Shown here: in pieces, positions 1 to 12,803 of the stretch
How positions within the stretch are numbered: position 1 is the stretch's first letter
Layout of the letters: the number at the start of each line of letters is the position of its first letter
Source of the DNA: Eledone cirrhosa
Taxonomy: Eukaryota
Direction: 5' to 3'
Assembly (NCBI GenBank): GCA_964016885.1
Contig: OZ024741.1
Coordinates: forward strand, 168,454,001-168,518,000
DNA length: 64,000 nucleotides
Made by a program: the position numbers and the translations under genes
Notes under the pieces: model-generated
What the model was told of the DNA's origin: nothing
Databases searched by the model: none
What the model saw: the letters and a program-made list of their open reading frames with translations, nothing else

Positions 1-1383
1 AAACCATTACTGAAGAAGGAAGAATGATATGAGCAAGGCATAGGTTGATGACAGAAAGCCTTAGGCAATACTCTTTATGCATGGATCATGGAAACATTAA
101 ACATGAGTAAGATATTACTAGTAGTAAGCAAAAACATTAAACATGAGCAAGGTAGACTCAATTGTAAGTAGATATATTTGACATGTGATGGGTAAATGGC
201 ATTTTTTTTCTTTTCTACTGTTTTGTAAGGGGGAGGAAGGGCAGTGCCCATGGCCCTTTAAAGGACCTATACAAATGGTGAGAGAGAAAAATGTTGCGGA
301 TGGTATTCTCAAACTGAAGATCTAACCCAAATGATTACAACAAAGTAAACTCTGCTAAAGTTACCTAAGGGATGGTGCTAAAATGGACGGTCTCTATTAA
401 GAAAGAAATATCCCAATAAGACTATCTCTCTAAACTTCTTTTCTGTCTGGTTCCAACATCATCAGACGACATGTTAAACCAGAGAAAACTTGGATATAAA
501 AGATATGTGGGATCAATCAACTACCTTCCATATATACTTGACCTTAAGTTACAAGTTACAAATTGTGAAGTTGGTTGGCCCTGCAGTTAAGGTGTTTAAC
601 TTCCAATAATATGGTCATGGGTTTGATTTCTAGATTGGGCATTGTGTTCTTGAACTAGATGCTTTGTTTCACAATTACTTTTTTTATATTAGAACTGGGA
701 CTCTTATTATTAGAACACTTGAGAAACATATGAGATACAACTTTGTAGGAGGTCAACTAAATCTTCATAGGTGTGAACTGTTAATTTCACATTTCATACA
801 CTACAAATTAAGTTTTAACATTCTGTAATGATTTAGCAAAAATATCTCAAAAACAGGTTTGTTAATTGAAATGTTTATAGTATCTTTACTAGTCTTTGTG
901 AAGACCTGCCATATTAGAATAATAACTTTTTAATCAATTTTCAATGTGATGCAGTCATAGTCATTTTTTGTATTTTTCAGGAATGATTTACCAATGGATT
1001 TATATGGTACAGGATGTTAAAAGTTAAAGAAAAAAAAAGAAAATCTAGAAAACACTATTGATGGAATTATTTGATTAGTTGATATGCAATGTGCATCAGA
1101 AAAAAATGAGTCAAGACAATCTTGAAGAGAGACAAATTAAGAAAACTAATGTTATGTTACATAAAGAAGTACAGATAAGAGAGTTATGCCATACTCAAAC
1201 GTATTTAATGTTACATAAAGGAATAGAAATAAGAGATTTAGACCATACATAATCTTATAGATACTTAATAATTAATGACTTCAATATAGTGCAACATGAA
1301 TACAAATGAAAGTTAAAGGCTGGAAAGAAGAAATATTATGGATGCATTAGATTAATACTTAAAATAGTGCTAAAAGCGAAGAC

Positions 1384-1401
1384 TATATATATGTGTGTGT
1401 G

Positions 1402-1457
<56 letters not shown>

Positions 1458-1521
1458 CATAGATATAAATACTTATATATCTATCTTATTACTGAAACAT
1501 CTAGAGAATTTATATATATGT

Positions 1522-1583
<62 letters not shown>

Positions 1584-1660
1584 ATGTGTGTGTACATATA
1601 TATAAATATATATTAAATATATATATATATATATATGTTTGTGTGTGTATACATATATCG
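1384..1660. repeat. compound (TA)n/(CA)n/(TG)n microsatellite
   Basis: Direct dinucleotide runs. The overlapping YIYI/HTHT/CVCV ORFs are translation artefacts. Confidence 0.95.
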
Positions 1661-1856
1661 ATCAACTCTCTAGAGGTTTTACTAATAAGATATAATTATA
1701 GTATTCTCGACTGGACACTAAATGAATTACCAAGAATATACAGTAAAACAAGAAAAAACGAAGACTACATTTAGAATACAGCACCAAGTATTTCACAGAT
1801 AAATCATATTTCCCAAGAATATATAGAATGTATTTCGTAATAAGAAAACTATTATA

Positions 1857-2428
1857 AACTAGTATTACCTGCTATATGACAGGTAATTTTCAGAGAATAT
1901 AATCGCCACTGTGGGTAACAGTGGGTACACACACCACACACACATATACACACACACGCGTGCGCACACACACACACATACACACAAACACAGACACACA
2001 CACACATATGTACAGAGAGAGAAAGAGAGAAACTAGAGTGAGAAGTCATTTGAGGAGTATACATTTGCCACTGTGGGTAACAGTAGGTACACACACACAG
2101 GCACACACAAACACGCATACACACACACACACTCACACACACATACACACACACACACACAGACACACACACACACACTCACACACAGACAGACAGACAG
2201 ACAAACACACACACAGACAGACACACACACACATACACACACATACACACACACACTCATACAGACAGACACACACACACAGACACACACATACACACTC
2301 ACACTCACACAGACACACACACACATTCTCTCTCCTCATATATATACAAGGGGAGAGAGAGAGAGAGACACTAGAGTGAGAAGTAATTTCAGGAGTATAC
2401 ATTTGCCATTGTGAGTAATGGTAGGTAA
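1857..2428. repeat. three ~60-bp units separated by (CA)n/(GA)n expansions
   Basis: actagagtgagaagt..gagtatacatttgcca(c/t)tgtg(g/a)gtaa recurs at ~2032 and ~2370, with a degenerate copy at ~1860-1930. Confidence 0.75.
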
Positions 2429-2467
2429 ATGCATAAAAAATGTGCAAATATATTAATATAAAATAAA

Positions 2468-4350
2468 GGTTATGAAGGTCACTGAAAGAGTCATAGCTCA
2501 GCTGATTAGGGAATGAGTTAACCTAGATGAGATGCAGTTTGGATTTGAACCAGATAAAAGTACCACATATGACGCCTTCCTTGTAGGACAACTGCAGGGG
2601 AAGTATCTATCTAAGTGCAGACCACTATACTTGGCTTTTGTAGACCTGGAAAGCTTTTGACAGAATCCCCCATTCCATTATCTGGTGGGCTCTTAGAAAA
2701 TTAGGAGTAGACAAGTGGCTTGTGTAGGCAGTACAAGCCATGTATAGAAGAATAGTTAGCAAGGTCAGAATCAACAATGATTATAGTGAACAATTTAGCA
2801 TACAGGTCCATGTCCATCAAGGCTCAGTTCTTAGTCCTCTCCTGTTTGTTATCGTCTTGCAGGCAATAACAGAGGAGTTTAAGACTGGCTGCCCATGGGA
2901 ACTTCTGTATGCAGGTGGACTAACCCTTATATCTGAATCTATAGCAGAATTAGAGATGAAATTCCAAACCTGGAAGCATGGCCTAGAATCTAAATGTCTT
3001 AAAATCAACTTGGCAAAGACTAAAGTTCTAGTAAGTAGAAAGGAAAACAGGACCCAGATCTCCTCATGGAAATGGCCCTGCTCAGTGTGTAGAAAAGGAG
3101 TAGGTGGAAATTCCATCCTATATCCCAAATGGAAACTATAGGTACACAAGAGACATAGTGGTATCTCAGGCAGGCTAACAAAGAACATAGGTTTTATATG
3201 TGGTCAGTGCACAGGGGCAGTAAGTAGCATGAGCTCTCAGGATACAATCATCTTCAAATGCCCAGAAGACTCTGTAGAAGTGGTAGATAGTTTCTGTTAC
3301 CTGCGTGACCAAATCAGCAGCAGGGGTGGGTGTTCCGAAAGCACAGTAACCAGAGTGAGATCGGGCTGGAGAAAGTTCAGGGAGCTACTACCACTGCTAA
3401 CTACAAAAGGTTTTTCCCTCAAAATGAAAGACAGACTGTATGATCCGTGTCTACGAACAACAATGTTGCACAACAGTGAGACATGGGCACTGTGTGCGGA
3501 GGACCTGCATAGATTGGAAAGAAATGAAGTGTTCATGTTATGATGGATGTGCAATAGAAATATACTCAAACGGCAAAGCATAAACACTCTTCATGAGAAA
3601 TTAGGCATAAGAAAGATCAGATGCTGTGTGTAGGAGAGGAGATTAAATTGGTATGAACATGTGATGCGTATGAAGGATGACAGATGTATAAAAAGGTGCA
3701 GAGTGCTCATGGAGTGGCCAGGCCTAGAAAGACTTGGGATGAGGTAATAAAAGCTGACTTTAAATATTTACACCTCACTAAGGCAATGATAGAGGACTGC
3801 GGTCTCTGGCGCTATGCAATATTACAGAAGACCCACCCTCCCATATTCTCAAGCTGAGGCATATGTTTAGTAGGCAAACATTCCTCTGCCATTTCCCCTC
3901 CCATACACACCCTTGCTGTAATCATCCCACCCCTATACCTATATCCCCAATTCACCATGCATCTTCACCACCCCACCCAAGTTTCCAACGCACACCACAA
4001 AGTGGTCCCCTGGAACCACAACAAAAGTGCCCAGTCCACACTGTAAAGTGGTCATGGAGGTGTCACAACAAAAGCACCCAGTCCAAATTGGAAAGTGGTT
4101 GTGTTGGCGACACAACAAAAAGTGCCCATCCCACACTGTAAAGTGATCATGTAAGTGTCATGACAAAAAGCATCCAGCCCATACTGTAAATGTAGTTGGC
4201 ATTAGAAAGGGCATCCAGCTGTAGAAACCAAGCCAAAATCAGTTCTGTGTAAGAGAAACACAGTCCTCAAACCTGATCTCTCACAAAGGGACAGCCTGTC
4301 CTACCCATGCTAACTTGGACAGTGGACGTTAAATGATGATGATGATCATG
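2468..4350 (+). mobile_element. RTE-clade (BovB-like) LINE, 5'-truncated and decayed, with 3' UTR and (GAT)n tail
   Basis: Broken RT frames: DEMQFGF, AFVDLE, VHQGSVLSPLLF, ELLYAGGL (YADD-derived), VVDSFCYL, GWRKFRELLPLL, SETWAL, plus the CSVC..C insertion. Tandem ccacactgtaaagtgg units, then ggacgttaaatgatgatg at ~4325-4350. Confidence 0.85.
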
Positions 4351-5449
4351 ATTCACTAAAACAATACATTATATTGATTCCACTAAAACAATACATTATA
4401 TTGCTCATGTTCAAACATTACAAATATAGTTTTAAATACTCTTGAGAATAAGCTAAGCGAAGAATTTCAGAAATTAAATATTTTCTCAAATATATTCATT
4501 CCATTCATGAATGGAGAAAGGGTGGAAAAGAATAATTTTGTGGAAATGCTATATGTATTTAATATTGTGTCAGTAGACAATAATAACATGTGTATGTGTG
4601 GGTTTATGTGTGTTTGTGTGTGCATGCATATTCTCCAGTGTCTGCTTGTCTCTCTCTACTCTTCCAGTATTTACCTGCTAGTTTGGTCAGTATGTATACT
4701 CTTCTTTCAACCCATATGTTAATTTTCTCTGTATCTCTATTTTACTCAGTCTCACCCTCTTTCTCTATCTTCTCATGCATGATGACGTCTAAGTATAATA
4801 ATGAAAATTTACAGTAGAACTACAAAAAATCTGTGGACAACTAAAAAAATGATTATAAAACAAAATACAAAAATAGGAAAGCAATCATTTGACAAAACAT
4901 TGAGCAAATTTGAATATTGGAAGTATGTTAGCTTATTGTAAACTGCTACAATGAAAGTTTCATTATGAAATGGCTGAATAATTGGATATACAAACCCCTA
5001 GAAACAGAAAATAATGGACAAAGTTGCATGTGCGAATTGATCTCATACCTGCTGTATGCTTGACAGCTGCAATACTATAAGGCCTCAGGCATGGATGACA
5101 AACGTGAAAAAGGTCATCTGTGAGAATTGAACTCACATCTCTCTGGCATATGGCAGGTGCAAGTTCAATTCTTATAGGTGAATTTGTTCCACTTTTTACC
5201 ATCTCTAGTGATTTATGTACCCAACGTTTTCAACTATTTTATAGTTAAACATGCATTGTAGCAGCTAACATACCAAAATATAAAGATAGGATTTTCTATC
5301 TTCAAGAAAGCAACTAAATCCAAAATAGCGATTGAAGTAATGGGCATTTGTGAGGAGAAAGGAAATGGAACAACATATATTTTGGAAGAGCTCAAACCTA
5401 AGCTATACATGAAGTACAAAATACTATGTTATATGTGTATGTGTTGGAT

Positions 5450-5735
5450 CTCCATCAGTTTCAATGATGGGTGTTCCAGAGCAGCTTGTACCTGAAATTA
5501 GCATGCAAGTAACTGAGTGTTCTATAGGCACATGTACTTTTAATGTTGTTTTCATGAAGATTCAGTTTGACACAGTGTGATATGAGGTTGGCCTTTTGAA
5601 CTATAAGGAAAACTAATTTCTAGCTGAGTAGGTTGGATCATCAGGAATAAAGTATCTTGTTGAATGACATAACACACCAGGAATTGAACATGATCTGATA
5701 ATCATGGGTTGAACAGCCTTACCACTAAGCCATAC
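5450..5735 (-). mobile_element. tRNA-derived SINE family B, degenerate
   Basis: The reverse complement resembles the head and body of the copies at 9385 and 55249 (ggcttagtggtaaggc..., gtcattcaacaagatacttt). Confidence 0.55.
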
Positions 5736-5787
5736 ACTTTCGTGCTATGCTATACTGATGCAAAGAAAGGCCTCTATTTGGTCATTA

Positions 5788-5972
5788 GGTGGATTGGCAG
5801 TATCAGTAGAGGGTCGGACGCCATGCTTTCCAGTATAGTTACGTCCCTTTACGATCTGAGTTCAAATCGCGCCGAGGTTGACTTTGCCTTTCATCCTTAC
5901 GGGGTCGATAAAATAAAGTACCAGTAATGCACTGGATATTGCTGGCCTTGTGCCTAAAGTAGAAACAATTAT
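5788..5972 (+). mobile_element. tRNA-derived SINE family A (short form)
   Basis: A-box-like tggcagtatcagtag, B-box gagttcaaatc, core gcctttcatccttacggggtcgataaaataaagtaccag, end ggccttgtgcctaaagtagaaacaattatt. Confidence 0.9.
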
Positions 5973-6042
5973 TTTGCATTCAAGCACTGAACATAGAAGT
6001 AGATACAGATAAACTACAGCCCAGAGAGATAGAGATAGAAAG

Positions 6043-6088
<46 letters not shown>

Positions 6089-6229
6089 TATGTTATGGGA
6101 GGTAGCAATCAATAGCGAGATAGAATGAAAAATAGGTTTCTTGAGTATTTTAATTTAGGACTTCTAGTCCTATCATGAAAAAGCAGTGTGAAATAAATCA
6201 TTGAACTTAATGGTCTGGTGATATAGAGA

Positions 6230-6400
6230 TAAAGACCCCCTTGGCACCAGTGACGTTGCAACTCATTTCTACAGCTGAGTGAACTGGAGCAACGTTAAGT
6301 AAAGTGTCTTGCTCAAGAACACAACGCAAAACCCGGTCTGAGAATCGAACACACAACCTCACTATTGTAAGTCTGATGCTCTAACCAGTAAGCTATGCAT
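6230..6400 (-). mobile_element. SINE family B
   Basis: The reverse complement has a tRNA head (gcttactggttagagc..gttcgattctc) and gtgttcttgagcaagacacttt. Confidence 0.75.
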
Positions 6401-7317
6401 CTGGTGATATACTATAATACAAAAGATCCATCCACCAGTATAAGCATTGTGACTACCTCCCTATTGTTAATACCATGATAAAATACATCCAATACACCCT
6501 GTATGGTGGTTGGTGTATGAAGAGCAATCTTCCATAAAAAACACCAAAATATGGAATGTATGAGCAAGATGAGGCTGCTAAGATCTGTTTGATCTTGGAA
6601 TGTGATATTTCGTCCAATCCATATTAGTGTGGAAAGCAAATGTAAAAACGATGATGATGATAACGATGACTCACTCAGCAACATAATCCAACCTCACAAT
6701 TGGGAATCAAGCTTACATTCTTATGATTGTGAGACCAGCACTCTAACCACTAGTTCACATGCAATTGTAAAAGAATCCATTTTGTATATTTCTTTACTGT
6801 CTCTGAAATACAAACTAGACTACAATCCCTACGGATAAAAGGTATTGGCTTATATTCTTTGACCTGTCTAGCTGATTCTGGAAGCATATATAGCATATAT
6901 CTTTCATTAAACATTATTCAGTTACTGAATGTACCATTTTCTTGATTTTAAAGAATGGAATTAAACAAGCATTCATTGGCTCATTGTAGCTGACAAACAT
7001 TGAAATTTACTTAGTGACAATTCCCTCCAGCTCTTTTTAAAATATATGATATTGTATGGGACTGGGAAACAATACAAATATAAAATGGTGACATGATGAC
7101 ATCTAACTTATTTCTCGTGAGTGTAAAGAAGTGAATCTTTGTTGTACATATCATGATGCGGGACTGACTCCAGCATCATGACTGACTGCTTGATTGACTC
7201 CCAGGGCTGTCAAATGAAGACAAAAGGAAACAAACAAACCAAACACTAATCCATTCAACCTGTCCAGCTATAGACATAAATGCCTGAGCAAAGATGTGTA
7301 GGAATGTATATATATAT

Positions 7318-7610
7318 AATTGTTTCTACTTTAGGCACAAGGCCAGCAATACCCAGTACATTACTGGTACTTTATTTTATCGACCATATAATGGCTTCTT
7401 ATATTAATAATGGTTTCTTATATAGGCACAAGGCCAGCAATTTTGGGGAAAGGGAAAGTCGATTAAATCAACCCCCAGTGCGTGACTAGTACTTTATCTT
7501 ATCGACCCCATAAGGATGAAAGACAAAATTAACCTCAGCAGGATTTGAACACAGAATGGAAACCCCCGTAACTCTATGCTGCGAAGCATGTTGCCCAACG
7601 CTCTACCCTA
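7318..7610 (-). mobile_element. SINE family A: short 3' fragment plus long-form copy
   Basis: gtttctactttaggcacaaggccagc at ~7322 and aataatggtttcttatataggcacaaggcc at ~7406. Confidence 0.85.
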
Positions 7611-8239
7611 CAAGCACACATCCACAAATAAATATATGTGTGCATCTGTGTGTGTTTTGAGATGTTTTTGTTTGTGTGCATGATGCATCATTGTACCATT
7701 TTGTACTTATGTTGAAAAACATTCCTCTGGACCTATATCTATAGGTGGTGCATGTGTGCATATATGTATACATACATGTGTATATACATGCATATATATA
7801 TAGAACATCATAATATGAGATTACACAGACTGTAGAAATTAAATGGGTCTTCTACTTATTGTTTGTTTGTTTCTGTGTTTATGTCTGTTAAATTAGCAGT
7901 TTGACAAAAAGAGATCAATAAAACAAATACCAGACTTGGCAAAATAAATACTGGGATTGATTTGATCAGCTAAATCAAGGCAGTATCCCAGTGTAATAAA
8001 ATAATGAATATTTAATTGAGAGAATATCATACAGCAGTTGTAATTGCTCAAATAGACAAAGTTTACTCCAGTTTTGTGTATCTCAGCTGGTGATGGGTAA
8101 GGTTTAGAAATGTAAGAGCCAGGGCCCACTCAAATCACCAGATTTGATTCTTCCCTACAAGAAAAATCCTTCATTGGTCATGGCTTACCATGGGGTTGTA
8201 CAAGGAAATTTTCTTCATCAAAAGATGATAGAACTTGAC

Positions 8240-8400
8240 ACCAGTGTCATCACAACTCAATTTTTCCAGCTGAGTTGACTGGAGCAATATGAAATAAAGT
8301 GTCTTGTTTAAGGACACAATCTACTGCCTATGCTAAGAAACAAGCTCACAACTTTATGACTGTGAGACTAACATGCTAGCTACAAAGCCAGGTGTCTTTA
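8240..8400 (-). mobile_element. SINE family B, degenerate
   Basis: ccagctgagttgactggagcaatatgaaataaagtgtcttgtttaaggacacaa matches family B on the minus strand. Confidence 0.65.
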
Positions 8401-9384
8401 CTGGAAGATTAAATAAATGAACCAATAATATACTGAGATGGCTGCTAGCCTTCCTTCACAATATAATATGTGACCTTGTCACTCCTGGTAGAGTCATAGG
8501 GACAGTGTAAGGAAATACTGTTTGCCTTGGGCATTCTAATCTGGCACAGCTGATTTCTTAGGGAGAGAGAGAAAGTGAGAAACAGATATAGAGGAAGAAT
8601 CTATCTTGGTACTGAACTGGTCCTTTTATCAACATCAAAAGGGATTTGAACTGAACACAGAAAGCTTGATCAAATATTGTGAAGCATTCTATCTGACATT
8701 TTAACAACACTGATAATTTTTCAATTTAACCAATTTCTTCCAGAGAAATATAGAGAGAGTAAAAGAGAAAGGAAGATCTATAGAGAGAGAAAGAACCACC
8801 TCAGTATTGGACTGGTAGCTTAATTATTCACATTGAAAAGATGAAAATCAAAGATGATCTTGGTGGGATTTGAACACAGTGTGCAAGGAACCTAAATGAA
8901 TACCACAAAACATTATATCCAATGTTTTTGCAACTCTGACAATTTACTGCTTTAAAACCAAATTACTTGTGACCTCAAGCCGATGTAAAAAAATTAAATT
9001 ATTTTAGGTCATCTTTGAAGCTTTGATCTGAGCATTCATGAATCTTATATTTTCATTCATATTTCATGATGCATTGAGCTGTTCTGATGAAAGATTAGTT
9101 TTTAATATCTTCTCCATATATTTAAGACAGTGCTCCAGTATGGCCAGTTTAATGACTGAAATCAGTAAAAGATTAGAAGAAGAATAAAATAATATGTTTA
9201 CGTCATCATTTTATTTTTGTTATTTTTCATTATTTCTCTCTATTTCACTATTTTTTTTCTTCATTTGTTGATATAGTGATATTGATTAGCTTGTTTTTGA
9301 TTTCATACCATGATAACCACAAATGTTTTGTGGTCATTAGGAAAATTAATTGCGATAGATTTGAATTGTTTATATATATAGACG

Positions 9385-9975
9385 CAATGGCGTTTCTTGT
9401 GAAGGTACGCAGTTTAGTGATTAGGGTGGTCAGCTCATTATTGTAAAGTCATAATTCTGATTCCTGGTAATGTGTTGTGTCCTTGAGCAAGACACAAAAT
9501 TTGACCTTGCTCCAATCCACTCAGCTAGAAAAACAAATGAGCTGTTCCTGTGATTCAAAAGGCCAACCTTGTCACACAGCCTGTCAAGCTGAATCTCACA
9601 GAGAACTACATTAACCTGTTGACTGCCGTGTATATTTTACACAACTACAGTTGCTGTGCCAGGTTTCTTTTCAGTAAAATGACTATTCTTTTAAACACAC
9701 ATTTGAATGATTGACCAATGTCACATCAATAAATTAGTAACCCCATTTAGCTTTGAAATTAGGAACTGTCGGAAATTAGTTCAAACATGTTAGGAAGAGT
9801 TATCTCGTTCGTGGCACTGGAATGCATAAATGTTAGGACAAGTTATCTCATCTACAGCACTGAAGAGATTAAGAGTACACATGCCTGTGGAATGCTTAAC
9901 CATTTGTATGTTAATTTCACAAGCAGACTGTTTCAATGGTCAAACAACTGGAACAGTTATCGTTGGAAACAATAG
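9385..9975 (+). mobile_element. SINE family B (long form) interrupted by a TTAA MITE
   Basis: tRNA-like head, gtgtccttgagcaagacac, then gagaactacattaa|...|gagtacacatgcctgtggaatgctt. Confidence 0.7.
9615..9868. mobile_element. TTAA-flanked MITE (piggyBac/Kolobok-type)
   Basis: TTAA at 9611-9614 and 9869-9872 splits a SINE-B. Degenerate TIRs cctgttgactgccgt / acagcactgaagaga. Confidence 0.55.
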
Positions 9976-10762
9976 ATGTCTGACATACAAAATAATGTTC
10001 CCTACTATTTGCTCTCTCCTCCATATATTCTTCCCTCAACATAATTTGTTAAAACTTCAGGTTTTCTGATTTTTTATATGTTTCTGTATTTATATATCAG
10101 AGTCATTAGTGTCAGATTAAAAGCATGACAGATTTGTTCTGTCTCTCTACACTCTGAGTTCAAATCCTTCCAATATCAACTTTGCCTTTCATTCTTTAGG
10201 GCTCAGTGAATAAAGTATCAGTCCAGTAGTCTTCGATTGGTGGAATTGGGAAAGCATAGGTTGGGATTCCAAATCCTAACTCCTGTCATCAGAATATTGG
10301 TGATTCTTTTGTCAGGAGTTGCAACTGAAAAGTGGTAAAATTGATGGAAAGAACAATGGAAATATTTCACTTGGTTCAAACTAATGATCATACTTTCCCT
10401 TTTCTTACCATTCTTATCTCAATTTTAATTGTTGTTCCAGTATTATTTTCAGCCTATTTGTGAGTTATGCTGTATTTGGCAGTTGCTATACTCTGATATG
10501 TTTATTTAAAGTGAAGTAATTACGATGTGGGAGAGTAATGATAATTCTTTATATTTTACTGTCTTCTAAAACATGAAAACCCATTAGCAAGACATTCACA
10601 ATACATTAAAACAATACATTACAATGGCAATACCTTAAAACTCAAATATTGCACGCTTTTACAATGATCTGTCCACTAGTAATGATATGATAAGCATTTG
10701 AATAAACTGTCATTTTTAGGTATTTTCTGCTAAATTACTACAGGTTGTTATGAATTAAATCG

Positions 10763-10804
10763 CTTCTTCTTCTTCTTCTTCTTCTTCTTCTTCTTCTTCT
10801 TCTT

Positions 10805-10833
<29 letters not shown>
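10763..10833. repeat. (TTC)n microsatellite
   Basis: Pure trinucleotide run. Confidence 0.97.
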
Positions 10834-10835
<2 letters not shown>

Positions 10836-11023
10836 GCAACCTTGTATAATCAACATTTAGAAAAATATAAATGCATCACGTTAAATATTGAGTTCCTTAC
10901 ACTGCAAATTGTCACAATGATTTGTCCACTAGTAAAGATATTATAAACATTTGAATTAACCAACCTCCTTTTAGATACTATTTGTTAAATAATCATAGGA
11001 TATTCAGACTTAAAATAGACAAA

Positions 11024-11584
11024 GAGTAATCCCCTGTTTATCGCAGGGGATACGTTCCAGAACCAACCGCAATCAATGAAAATCCACCATTTTCATAGTT
11101 TCAGCTTTAAAATACCTCGCCTGCTTTAAGTACATATAAACTCATTAAAACACACTTTTGTATTTAAACACCAAAAAACAGCCAGTAACGATCATATAGA
11201 AACTATCACCAACCATCATACCACTAGTTACCAATGACGACCATTACCTGCCGCATTATCCACTTATTAATGCACTGCCCATCTCCAGGCAATCTATGAT
11301 GGGTTTGTAGTAGATTAGATAAAAAAAACACAATAAGTAAAACGGTAATGGAATGAAGAATAGAAACATTTTTATAGTTAAAGCCTTACACTTACACTAT
11401 ACACTTCAATCACATCGAAACTTATTTAGTAAATTTAAAGTTTAAACACCTTTAATTCAGACGTATGTACCGCGATAAGAAAATAGATATATTCTAACGA
11501 AAAATCCGCTATGTAGCGAATAGAGAATTAAGTATGTTTCAAAGAACCGTGAAAAGTGAACCACGATACAGTGGGGGATTACTG
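11024..11584. mobile_element. Tc1/mariner (pogo/Tigger-like) MITE
   Basis: TIRs gagtaatcccctgtttatcgc / acgatacagtgggggattactg followed by TA. Tigger-like subterminal ggggatacgttccagaacc. Confidence 0.75.
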
Positions 11585-11713
11585 TATATTATTACATTCA
11601 CTTTCATTATGTCTCCTGATGCCATTTTGTATCAATAATTGTATCAATAATTTTGTTTTACACAGCTACAAACCTGGTCAGTGAAGCAGTTCCACTTTGG
11701 GTTATTATTATTT

Positions 11714-12203
11714 TGGCAGTATTGATAGAGCGTCAGACAACATGCTTCTGAGTTCAAATCTTGCTGAAGTTAGCTTTGCCTTTCATCCTTATGGGGTCGA
11801 AAGATAAAGTACCAGTAATGCACTAGGGTTGATTTAATCAACTTTCCCCTTCCCCAAACTTTTTGGCCTTGCGCCTAAATCAGAAACCAAGTGCAGTGGA
11901 TTGGCGCTATCAGTGGAGCAATGAACAACATGCTTTGTGGCATAGAGTTACAGCCCTTTACGTTCTGTGTTCAAATACTGTTAAGGTTAGTTTTGTCTTT
12001 CATCCTTACGGGGTCGATAAAATAAAGTACCAGTCACGCACTGGGGTCGATTTAATCGACTTTCCCCTTCCCCAAAATTGATGGCCTATATAAGAAACCA
12101 AGGGTAACTTTGCCTTTCATCCTTACGGGGTCGATAAAATAAAGTACCAGTAATTTACTGGGTAATTGCTGGCCTTGTGCCTAAAGTAGAAACAATTATT
12201 ATT
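11714..12203 (+). mobile_element. three tandem SINE family A copies (two long-form, one 3' fragment)
   Basis: The core tttcatccttacggggtcgataaaataaagtaccag occurs three times (~11780, ~11998, ~12115), each followed by agaaac(c/a)a. Confidence 0.85.
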
Positions 12204-12370
12204 ACTATTTTTATTTTTTTCATTATTGTTTCTGAGATATATGCCGAGTGTCTTACTGACACCTAGGGCAAATAAATTCACAGTGTGCTGTGGTAAGCCA
12301 GTTAATACAGCACATTGATTATAATTTAAAAAAAAAAAAATAAATAAAAGTTATTATTATTATTATTATT

Positions 12371-12762
12371 GTTCTTTGAGTCTCTGTCATTGATGTTATT
12401 TAACTGGAAAGTTTGTTGAAATGAATATACTGCACTTATGGCATTCCTACTGTTCAGATGTGATTTTAATACTCTCCGAATGTATTCAGATCTTATCAAT
12501 TCCTTCATTTTTTTGTTCTTGATGTCATCAGCCTCCAGAACACCTAAATATTTGTATCCTTCTTCAGTCTCAATTTCCTTTATCATCTCATCCGTTGGGA
12601 CCTGGATTCCGTTGCTTCAGCTCAATTTACCCCTCTTCATCACTAGGACTCCACACTTACTAATACCAAATTTCATACATATAACATTGCTGGACATTGC
12701 TTGACAGTGTCAACAAGCACATCCAACTCCTTCTCACTCTTCCCGAAGAGCTTAAGATCGTC

Positions 12763-12765
<3 letters not shown>
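12371..12765 (-). mobile_element. R4/Dong LINE fragment (family 1), 5'-truncated and internally deleted
   Basis: Minus-strand MDDLKLFGK..EEGYKYLGVLEADDI..NSRNAISAV is joined directly to the 3' UTR seen at 12804 and 41995. (TTA)n on both sides. Confidence 0.9.
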
Positions 12766-12796
<31 letters not shown>

Positions 12797-12803
12797 GTTA
12801 TTA

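Noticed and set aside
340-1340. Very old Dong-like RT traces (e.g. SINYLPYILDLKL)
   Set aside because: Too decayed to delimit or classify with confidence.
5788-5880. tRNA genes suggested by A/B boxes
   Set aside because: They are SINE heads with no cloverleaf, each followed by a SINE core and tail.
10277-10320. Hairpin aactcctg..caggagtt (and a similar one at ~5124-5172) as pre-miRNA
   Set aside because: The stems are too short and imperfect, and there is no recognisable mature miRNA.
11651-11713. Possible exon after ttttgttttacacag reading TNLVSEAVPLWVIII (integrin-alpha TM-like)
   Set aside because: It is very short, runs straight into a SINE, has a weak donor, and no partner exons were found.
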